Origin: the human T2T-CHM13v2.0 reference genome, Homo sapiens
Assembly: GCF_009914755.1 (NCBI RefSeq)
Contig: NC_060935.1
Length of the DNA: 64,000 nt
Direction: 5' to 3' (one strand)
In this document: one piece after another, positions 16,050-26,220 of the stretch
Layout of the letters: every line of letters starts with the position of its first letter
How positions within the stretch are numbered: position 1 is the first letter of the stretch
Made by a program: the position numbers and the translations under genes
Notes under the pieces: generated by a model
The model's database searches: none
Seen by the model: only the letters and a program-made list of their open reading frames with translations
What the model was told of the DNA's origin: nothing

Positions 16050-16200
16050 TGAGATCCTTCTAGGTGTAGAGTGTTTATCAAACAATCTATCCTCATTTTT
16101 TACAAGATAAGAAAGCTCAGAAAGGCCAAGTGACTTGCTAATGTCACACTTCCAGTAAATGGCAGAGCTCAGATTCACTTGCACGTCTTGTCCACAAAAC
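16050..16200 (-). mobile_element. MIR fragment
   Basis: ctcatttttacaagataagaaagctcagaaaggccaagtgacttgc...gtaaatggcagagctcagattc. Confidence 0.7.
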
Positions 16201-16566
16201 AAATGTCTTTGCAAATGCCACACTGTTGTCCTTAAAAAAATGGCTATCATATCACAGACAGAAAAGATCCCATGTGATGGACTCCTGGGTGCCCAGCACC
16301 TCCACTCATTCAAGTGGTTTCCTTAGGAGCTGTCATATTTTATAAGATCCTGGCAGCTTAGCCTCTGTTGGTTAGTTCAGGGTGAGACATGACCCAAATT
16401 AGGAAAGTAAGATTCTTTCAGATAATTTGGAAATATGAAAGGAAGTTAGTATGTCTGAGATGATTGAAGCCATACAATAAAAAACTCAAAAGATGTTAGC
16501 AGCAATGTTTGCTGCCAAGTGAAGAATGCCAGTTTTCAATGACAGTGAAGCAGAGAGGAAAGAGAC

Positions 16567-16944
16567 CGATATGGTTTGGCTGTGTCCCCACCCAAATCTC
16601 ATTTTGAATTGTAATTCCCATAATCTCCACGTGTCTTGGTAGGGACCTGGTGGGAGGTAATTGAATCGTGGGGGCAGTTATCCCCATGCTGCTGTGCTCA
16701 TGATAGTGAGTGAGTTCTCATGAAATCTGATGGTTTTATAAGGGGCTTTTCCTCCTTTGGCTCGGCACTTCTCCTTGCTGCCATGTGAAGAAGGATGTGT
16801 TTGCTTCCACTTTTGTCATGATTGTAAGTTTCCTGAGTCCCCCCCGCAGCCCTGCAGAACTGTGAGTCAATTGAACCTCTTTCCTTTATAAATCAGCCAG
16901 TCTCAGGTATGTCTTTATTAGCAGTGTGAGAATAGACTAACACA
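16567..16944 (+). mobile_element. THE1 (THE1C/D-like) solo LTR
   Basis: Starts gatatggtttggctgtgtccccacccaaatctca and ends tctttattagcagtgtgagaatagactaacaca; ~378 bp; degenerate 5-bp flanks gagac/gaggg. Confidence 0.93.
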
Positions 16945-17087
16945 GAGGGAGAGTTCTGGCAGAATTTGGACCTGAGTTCTGGTTGCCCATGACATCCCGC
17001 TGCACTTTCAAACAGCTCAGTCATTCCTTCCTCCTTTGCACTCCATGTGCTAATAGGTCCTCTTTTTTGCTTTGATTGTTGAAGGAC

Positions 17088-17545
17088 CCTATGTTAGCTT
17101 CCCATGGCTATTGTAACCAATTACTACAAACTGAATGGCTTAAAACAACAGAAATATATTCTCTCACAGTTCTGGAGTCCAGAAGTCCGAAATCAAGGTA
17201 TTGACAGGGTTAGTTCCTTCTGGAGGCTCTGGCAGAGGACTCGTTCTCTGTGTCTCTCAGCTTCTCATGGCTGCTGGCAGCCCTTGGCATTCCTTGGCTT
17301 GCAGGCTCATCACTCCTGTCTCTGCCTCCATCTTCATGTGGCCTCCCCGACTGTATCTCTGTGTGTTTTCCCCCTTTCTTTTCTCTTTCAGGTAATCTTG
17401 TTTTTGGGCGTAGGCTCCACCCTTATCCAGGACGATATCCTCTCGAGATCATTAGCTTAACTGTATCTGCAAAGACATTTTTCCAAACAAGGTCACATTC
17501 ACAGGTTCTGGGAGCCTCTTTTGGGGGGCCACAATGGACCGCTAG
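17088..17545 (-). mobile_element. MLT1B/C-like MaLR LTR
   Basis: aactgaatggcttaaaacaacagaaatatattctctcacagttctggagtccagaagtccgaaatcaagg...aaggtcacattcacaggttctggg. Confidence 0.9.
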
Positions 17546-18414
17546 CAAAAGAGAATTGCAAATTGTAGTGGTGACTAGTTTCAAAGTTTAGTGCTACCCA
17601 TCCTAGTGAAGTTTTTCATGTTTAATTACACTTTCCCTGCTGCTACCGCTACCTATTTTTTTTTTCCCTGTAAGGTCATTTAGACATTTAACAAATATAG
17701 CACTATAATCAGAAGAATGAACTGTGTTGGCAAATATGCAAATACATCTATGAATATTTTAGATTTATCTTTTTGTGTTGCAAAGGCAAGCAAGATGACC
17801 AAATGATCTCAGTTTTCTTAGTTCAGTGATGCCAGTGGTAGATAACTGCAGATAAGGTAGATAAACTGTCCTATTCCACTTATATCTTCCATGCACTGCT
17901 GAAAATTCATTTGTGCCCTTTCATTGCTTCAAGAATGGTATTATAACACCTTCAAGAATGGTTTACTAGAAAGTTCTGATGTCTAGACACCACATAGGTA
18001 TGTTCTGATTTGTTTTGTTTTTGAATAAACGACAAAAAAGAGGAAGTGTGTTGGTGTTTAGTGCTTTAACCAATATAAGTTGCCTTCTCTTTCAGAGAAA
18101 TGTTCCCTATTATATAAAGTCAATTTCCATGTAACCAGCTATTTGCTGGGGTAACAAATTTACCCCATCCTGGAATCTCAAATAAAAAATCCATTGTAAT
18201 GCCATTATATGACCAGTTTTATGTTTACTAGCAGCTGTCTTCCCATCTTCGCTATTGTAGAGTAAAACTATTGTACTGGTATTAAAAAAAACTCCTGTAA
18301 CAACAACAAACATACAAAGACCCTGGTTTACAAGAGTTGTTTTATTAGGAAAATAACTATGGGATGGATTCAATAAAAAACAAAAACCATGCCTTCCGCT
18401 CAGTATAATCTTAC

Positions 18415-18460
18415 CGATGCTGTCCATCTTCCTGATTCACTGCTGAGGTACTGCTTTACC
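18415..18460 (-). other. Candidate small exon / 5' splice site
   Basis: Minus strand ...GGAAGATGGACAGCATCG|GTAAGA donor at 18415/18414; the acceptor is weak and uncertain. Confidence 0.25.
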
Positions 18461-21109
18461 TTACAGAAGGCATCCAAAACGTTTAAACTTTGTGTTTTCT
18501 GTATTCTGACGGTTTCACAAGGCAATTTCCAAATGCATACTGTCTTTAGAAATAAAGTTTGAATTCAGACAGAGCTCAACTTGAATCAATCATACAAGCA
18601 TTGTATCTGATAATTATATAGATTCTCCCGGAATGGATGTAATGATGCCTCTTCCTTAAGCCCCTTTACCTTGCTATGTTGTAAGCAGTCTCCTTTGTGT
18701 ATTATAGCACCCTGTTTTAACACAGTCAGTCCAAAAATAGGAATGCCAAGCTCTTGCAATGTAAAATCTCTTAGTGTGGGACTAAAAAAGAAGATATAGC
18801 TTTCACAGAGGGACAAAAATGCTATAAACATGTGATGGCTGATTTGTTTGGGGTAGAGTTAATTACTTCTTTGTTAATTCCTGATAGAATTTAGAAGGCT
18901 CTTTAACAACTCACTTTTGGCTGTTTATGTATCTTTTTCTTTAAAGAGCCACAGATGATTAAGTTAAAAAAAAAATCCATACTTTTTGGTAGGTAACCGT
19001 TTTAGCTGACATTATAATTTTCCGTCCTCAAACTGACTTTATCCTTTTTAATGATGTTCATGCTCTTAATCAGGACTATATAAACAATCCATATTACAAA
19101 TTTCATACAGACATATGTGAACATTTAACAGGCTTTGGGAGACATTTGCAGTGTAGAATATCTAGCTGGATTTTCTTCCTTGGAGATTATCCTGTACTAG
19201 TAACAAGCAGAGAAAATATTTCCCACGCCTGTGAGTATTTAGGAGTTCCTTTGTGTGCCTAGATCTTTTTTTCCCCATACAGGGGAAGTGGTGTGCACTG
19301 GGGGTAGGCAGAAGAAAAATGACAAGAAGCAAAAGCTTTGCTGCTGTGGGATCAAATTCCAAGCAGAATTCCTTCATACACTTCCATTTCTGTGAAAGTG
19401 CGGTGTGGTGTTTGTTTTCACTGTATCTGCTCGCTTAATTGTTTCTGCCTGTTCATTTCGTTCCTCAGTGAAAACGTTAGCCTAAGGGACATTTGAAAAT
19501 CAAAAGGTAGGCTTGGAGTTTAACAGGAAATGAACAGTGGTGTTGCTGCAATATTAAAGTAAAAGTTTAGAACCAATAAGAAATAACCACAATTCTAAAC
19601 TCAACACGTCTTTTCTCCTTTTTGTTGTTTCCTTTGCTCTCCCAAATGTCAAGATTAAAGAAAAACATTCCATGGTTTCTACATGTTTACATTGCAAGGA
19701 CGTATAAAAGATGCTGTGAGGTATGCATTAAAAGAACTTATCTTAGATACGGCAAAAATCCAGAGATTTTGAATTATTATGCAGGAATATATAAAATCCA
19801 GGACAGATTTCCTGACAGCTATAATTATTTAATTCTTTTAGAATTATCTTTTTCCACCCCCAAACCTCCTCTTGCCAGAATTGTTGAGATAATTAAGGAA
19901 GTAGTGGGAAGGTTAGAATCTGAACCATTTCAAAACCAAAACTGACCAGACAATTGTCCAACTCTGTTTCACTTACAATGCAGGACTATGACTTCTGTGT
20001 TGGCATGTGTGTGCTAAAGTTTGACCTCTGGCAGGGAAATTGTCTTCAGACAGAATAGAACTTGAACTTCAGAAGTCCAGTGGTCCTCATTGTAGTTGCC
20101 CATTTGCACTCAACGTAGCATGGCTTAATTGCAACAAATATCAGTTATGCTAAATGCTGGTATTCTAACAGCTCAAGGTGAAGTGTTGTTACCGTCCACC
20201 TTTTCTCTGATCACTGAGACAAAAGATCAAACAGAAATATTTTAAAAAACACTCGCAGAGGATCATCTCAACTTAAAATACTGCCTCTTTTATGACCACG
20301 TTCTCCATCTTAACAAGGAAATCAAACAATTCAAGGGGAGAAAAGCAAAGAAATCCACAGAGAAAAGTTGTTTAAAATTGCCCACTGGATACAGCCATTG
20401 TAAGAGTTGAATAATGAGGTGGGAAAATATCAGACTTAAAAAAAAAAGCCTAGATATTTAAACATACAAAAGTTATCACACCATTTATTTTTGGAAATAA
20501 TTTGGGTTAATCCAAATAGCCATGATGAGGAATAGTTGAATAACAAGTAATTACCTTTTCCTGCCTTTGAAGAACAATGGATTTGGGATGAATCCAAATT
20601 TGTAAAAAGCAATCATGATTTTATATTCAATTATCTCACGGAAAGATCTCTGCAGTTTTGCATTAGTTTCTTGATGCTATACTTCATGGGCACTGCACAC
20701 TTGGAGAAATAATCAAAACTTATTAATGTATTCAATTATTCATTGATTATGTATGGCACTCATTAGTTTTAAGAATAGCAGGTCAACAGAACTATTGATT
20801 AGAAAAAAACATTTTTGGAAGAAAAACTGGCTCTCTTAGCTACCTTTGCAGTGGTCATTCTCCGTGGAGAATGTAATCATTTGGTTGTTTCTATTGCTGG
20901 AGTGGAAGCGGTGTTTGTGGTGGTGGGTGGGAGCATGACACTAGGTATATGTCTGAAACGGGGAAGCAAGGCAAATGGACAAATTGCAAGTTAAATACTT
21001 TAGGAGGGAGGGGACGTATTTTTACAGGTATCAGTTATTGTCCTTACAAGTAATAAATAACGCTAAATAAAACATGTAACTAAATGGGCATTAAAGACCT
21101 TTTACATAC

Positions 21110-21274
21110 ATAGAAGACAAGAAACGCTTTTTTTCCTCCTATGCTGCAGACTGCAGGCATTTTCCTCTGCCTCTGTCAAGTGTAATTCTTTCTTGATGAA
21201 TGACAAGGCAGGATAATAGGCTGTGGTCGCCATGGCAACCAGACAGCAGCACTGTGTGCCTAGCATTTTTTCAT
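21110..21274 (-). other. Candidate 165-nt cassette exon (5'UTR type)
   Basis: Minus strand: long polypyrimidine tract ending TTTCATTTTCAG| at 21275 and donor TAT|GTATGT at 21110/21109. Confidence 0.4.
21226..21239. promoter_or_regulatory. RFX X-box motif
   Basis: GTCGCCATGGCAAC, 13/14 match to the palindromic consensus GTTGCCATGGCAAC. Confidence 0.65.
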
Positions 21275-21419
21275 CTGAAAATGAAACCAGAAGCAAAGAA
21301 AAGCTGAAAATGTAACCAACAGATTAACTGATACAAAAAAAGAAAAGAAAGAAAGGAAGAAAAAAGGAACAAAAAGGCAAGTTAGATTACAAGCAATTAA
21401 AATTACAGTACCTAGTCTT

Positions 21420-21453
<34 letters not shown>

Positions 21454-22187
21454 TGACTAGCTATTTTTAAATACTATTTGAGAAACATGAAACAATCATG
21501 TTTTATCTTTATTTTTCCAAATGCTTCATTTGTTTTTGAAATCTAGGAAGAATTGATTTTTAAAGGGGCATTTAAATTCATTAATCACTGAAATTTATTA
21601 AGCTTTATGTATTGTGTTTGTATTGGAATTTCTAAATTCCTTTTCTCTCTAGCGCCCATCCCAGAACTATCCAGAGACCAAATGCTTAACGTGCAACAGT
21701 TTTATCTGGATGCAGGGTTGGTGGGGTGGGGTGAGGGAGGCAAGGTGACTTGAAGCTGAGAAATAAGAGGGCAATATTATATTAGCACTCATGGATTCTA
21801 TAGACTTCACTCAAAGTATTTACTAAGCAATCAGAGTTGCTTTTCTATTCAGCAAAAGGAAGGCTGCAATTTTCTGCTATATCCCCATTCCTAAGCATAA
21901 GAAGGTTCCTGGATCCTCATTCAATATATTGCATATTCTGTCCATATAATTTCCTTTCATTTACTGATCTCAAAACTTGTATTGAAGCTTTCCTGTGAGA
22001 TCTTCTCGGTCTCTACTGAACACAAATAAAAGAAAACAGACATAAAAGAGTATTTTCTGAGAGCTGCTGTCCCTTTACACCGCAGGTTTGGTAGAGGCAA
22101 AGAACACTGAGCTAGAAGTTAGAGGACAAAAGTCCTGTGAGGGGTGCAGCTTTGCAACTGCAGGCCAAAGAGCAAACCAAACAGGCC

Positions 22188-22422
22188 TCGGAATCAACAT
22201 ACTTGAGTTTGAATCTTAGCTCCATCCTTTTGGTAATCATAGTTTTCATAATAGGTAATATGATAATAGGTATCTGTTACAAATGAACCAGAGAGTTCTT
22301 AAACTCTCTGAGTGTCAGTAGTTTTCATCCTTAAAATGGGCAAATCTTATCTACTTCATGGGAATGAGAGGATTCATGAGATCATCTGTTGAAAGTGTCT
22401 GGTATATAATAGGAGTCACTTA
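22188..22422 (+). mobile_element. MIR
   Basis: gagtttgaatcttagctcc...cttaaactctctgagtgtcagt...aaaatgggc...gaggattcatgaga. Confidence 0.7.
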
Positions 22423-22484
22423 AAGATTCCTCCTTCCTGTAATCCAAACACCCAGTTTTCTAATATGTGTAATAGAAATGTCTG

Positions 22485-22487
<3 letters not shown>

Positions 22488-22552
<65 letters not shown>
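22488..22552. repeat. Compound (TG)n(GA)n microsatellite
   Basis: About 16 TG units directly followed by about 16 GA units. Confidence 0.98.
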
Positions 22553-22555
<3 letters not shown>

Positions 22556-23619
22556 TATACATAACCACCTGTTTTGGAACGATGTAAATCAAATAAGTTA
22601 CTCTATGTGAAATGATTCAAGGGTACAATGTGGTCACGAAAATGGAAGACAGTGTCACCAAGAGATGTTGACAAACCTCTTTTCCAGAAAAATCCTAAAG
22701 AAAGGTGTCCGACTCCAACCCGCCCTGAGGCAGAGAAAAAGATTGACCAGCCAAGTCAGGGCTCCTATTGCAGGAACTTTCCCTTTATGACCAGGAGACT
22801 GAAATGTGAAAGAGGCCCACAGAGCAAGTTCCGGGAAGGTGATGAGCACACGGGGGCGTCCGAGCAGGCTAGGGCCATGGGTCCAGCGAGCCTCGCCACA
22901 GAGCATGCACTCCCGTCCTCCCTCTAACGTACCCAGTGTCTGTGCTGGCCACCCACAGCAAGGCCTCATAAATCCTTCCTTTGTCCCCATTTCCCTAACA
23001 CACACAAATGCAAAGTGAACAGTTGGATCAAAGCTTTTAATGTGCTTTGTACTGTTTTATTTGAAGAGATCAGGTCTGATATTTGAGAGGAAGAGTCCAT
23101 CTGGCTGGGCTGAGCTCAAGGAGCCTCAGACAAATTGTAAACAAGACCGGGGCACAAGCTCCTCTCACAGCCCACAGCCTGCCACTGCCATTGCCAAAGC
23201 ACTATCCCACGCTAGCAAGGTTTTCCTGACCATTCATGCAAAAGGAGCTTAGTTACCAAAATGGACCCTCTTACAGGATTTCCTAAACTTTTCTAGCACA
23301 TCTTGCAAATTACCACTGGCAGTCCTGTCTAAGCTTCTAATGGCCTAACATCGCACCTATATTTTTTAATTTTCCAACAGTAGATATCATGGTGAATTGC
23401 ATAGTGTTAAGATCCTCAGTTGTTCAAATAAACTCCCCTAGTAGAGAGAGAATGTGAAGATTGAAGATTGGAGAGAAGGGAATAATTACTTTATTAAATG
23501 TGATGTACATTTCTAAAAAATAAAATTAAAGCTTACACTGTTTACTACCTTTGGAATACAAAGAAGGGACATATTAGTTGCATTTCTTCTGTCCCAGCAT
23601 TTATCACACTTGACATCAT

Positions 23620-23962
23620 CATTTATGCAGTTATCTGTTCTTGCTGGATTGTGCGCTCTTTACCGAGGGAGCCATGCCTATCTTGCTTCTTGACACATCC
23701 CCAGGACCTAACAGGTACTTGGCTTATGGTAGGCACTTAATGAATATTTGTCAATCAAATGACCGAACTTTGAAGTCAGACACACCTATATTTGTACTGT
23801 TGCTCCGCAACTCCTTAGTCCTGACCATGAGCACCTTTATTTCTCTGAGCCTGATTTCTTCTCCGTAAAATAAAGTGATAATTCTTCACATAATTGTTGT
23901 GATTTCTAAATAAGAAACATGATATTTGAAAATGCTTAGTGCCTAGCATAACATAGTAGATA
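23620..23962 (+). mobile_element. L2 3' end followed by MIR
   Basis: ggtaggcacttaatgaatatttgtcaatcaaatga (L2 tail), then ctctgagcctgatttcttctccgtaaaat...gcttagtgcctagcata (MIR). Confidence 0.65.
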
Positions 23963-24524
23963 TACAACAGCGATTAGTTTTTCTTTAAAAAATTTAAACT
24001 GCTTTGATGAATTTTTAGTGAGTTGCTTGCCATTCCAAAAGATCTTTCCTGATAGTCTTTGGAAACCCATACAATGCTGGTAGAGGGGTAATAGGTTTAT
24101 AAAAGATTCATTCCCCAAAAGTGTGTATGTGACCCTAAAAGTGTGTATGTGACATGTCACCATGTCTTTTGCAAGCACAGAAGAGCAAATGTCATCTGTA
24201 ATTAACTAGAACAGGGCAGGTTTGAATTTGACTGGAAAGACCAGGATGGAAAGTGAATGTAGACCCCTGGGGTTGCAGAGGGTGAAGGACCAGAAATAAA
24301 CGCACAGCAGTACAGCCATTAATCTAGGGATGACCACCTGTGTTGGAGCATCTGGAGAACAAATCACAGATAGCAAAATTGTTCTGAGGCACAAGACAAG
24401 TGGGATGCACGCAATGTCAGTTGAAATCAAAGATAAAACTAACATTCAGGCAACATTTATTAAGCACCCACTGCATATGGGAAAATGAATAGGTGCATTC
24501 GCATGTGTATATCCCTAAACTTAG

Positions 24525-24932
24525 GAGGCAGTTGCACAGCAGTAAAGCACAGATTCAAAAATCAGATGCCAGGGTTTCTGTCCAGGCTCTTCTACTTAAT
24601 AGTATGACTGGTACATTATTTAAATTCTCATATCATGATTTCCTCACCTGTAAAAGGGGGATAACAATAGTACCTACTTCACAAAATGTTTGTGGTCATT
24701 AAGTGATTCGATACACATAAAAACACTCAGAACAGGGTCTGCACATAGAAAGGATTCAATAAATTTTCATTATTGTGGGTTGATTTGTATTAATTCATTT
24801 TTTAACCTTCATTAGAGCTAACAGAGATTGTCAACTTATGACAGAAAAGAGCTGTAGACCTGGGATCAGACGACTTGGGTTTGAAAATCAATTCTGCCAT
24901 TTACAAGCCTCAGTTTCCTCATCTGAAAATAG
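24525..24932 (+). mobile_element. Two MIR fragments
   Basis: ttcctcacctgtaaaagggggataacaatagtacctacttcac and gcctcagtttcctcatctgaaaat. Confidence 0.75.
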
Positions 24933-25224
24933 AAGGAAGAAGACCTGGCTTGAAAGATGTGCTATGAGTTGTCTATTTATTTAAGGAGACCAAGATCAAA
25001 TGTGTCAGTTGAGAACATGCAAATGATAAGCAGAGTTTTAAACTGCAGGCAGTGAATATCAGGGACACTTAGTAGATGATTTCAGGCCAGAGCAGCAGAG
25101 GTTAAAGTCCCTGCCCTTGGACACTAAGGAATAGGTAATAAACATCAGAGACAGGAGTCTCTGACATTAGCACAACAGCCAACTTAACCCTGAGACACAG
25201 TGGTGCTAAATTACTTTTCCAAAT

Positions 25225-26220
25225 TCACAATTCAGATGAGGTCACCATTCTCAAAGGCCTCCAATGACTCCACCCTGGCCTAAGAATAAAAATCTAAGCT
25301 CCTATGACCAACATTCAATTTCTCCCAGGACCTGCTTTCAGTCTTCAGTTTCTGCACCATCTCCCTTTTGAGATTACTAAGATATTGACTATTTACTATA
25401 CATGCACATGACTTTCTACAGATAGAGGTACAAGCTTTTGATCTCACTCTTGCTTCCATCTAGAACACTGTTTCTTCCCATCTCCATCTGTCCAAGTTTC
25501 CCATAACCACCAAGTCTCAGCTAAAGGCTGCTTCCTCTGTAAATCTTTCTCCAGTCCTCCAAGCTCAAAGTGCTCTCTTGAGCACTGAACAGTTTCTATT
25601 TTGTATTAGAATCATGTATGTTTCTGTATCTGCCTGTTATCCCCTAAACAATTACAAGTTTCTTCTATTGGTAGAGTTTTTAGCTGTTTCACCCTTGTTT
25701 GCTTGAAAAGGGGTTTAAACAGCAATCATGAAATATATATATTTTTTGTTATTTGTTTGATAACAATATATATGAATATATGAATATATATGAATGAATA
25801 TATGAATGAATTAGTGAGTAAAGGAAAAAGCAAATCTGTAACTCCCTGACCTATCACCAGGTTTGGTTTTATAATAAAAACAAGGCTGATCATAGATGTA
25901 TTAGTAATAATAATAAGAGTGAATTATTATTTTTTCCTATTATGAGCCACGCTTGAACTATGAGGTAGGGATGCAGTGGTGAGTAAACCATACACATCTC
26001 CCTTCTCTGGAGGGAAGTCCTATGGGAGGAGCATGCATTTATCAAATCATTGTCGAAATACATAATTACAAACCATGAATGGTATAAAGAAAAACATTAC
26101 AGCAAGTTATGAGAACACAAACAAAGGGACAGGATCTAATTGGGAGGAGGTCAAAGAAGGCTTTCTTGAGGAGTCGATATTTCTGTTCAGATTTGGAATG
26201 ATGATAGCAGTTGCTTATAG
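25225..26220. mobile_element. L2 fragments in both orientations with a (TATATGAA)n simple repeat at ~25766-25810
   Basis: aaggcctccaatgactcc...agaataaaaatctaagctcct; aagaaggctttcttgaggagtcgatatt. Confidence 0.55.

Noticed and set aside
15792-16313. 173-aa minus-strand ORF, the longest outside L1
   Set aside because: It runs through MIR fragments and has no recognisable domain or splice context; probably a chance ORF.
22845-22862. CTCF-like cacacgggggcgtcc
   Set aside because: It lacks the CCASYAG half of the core; a poor match.
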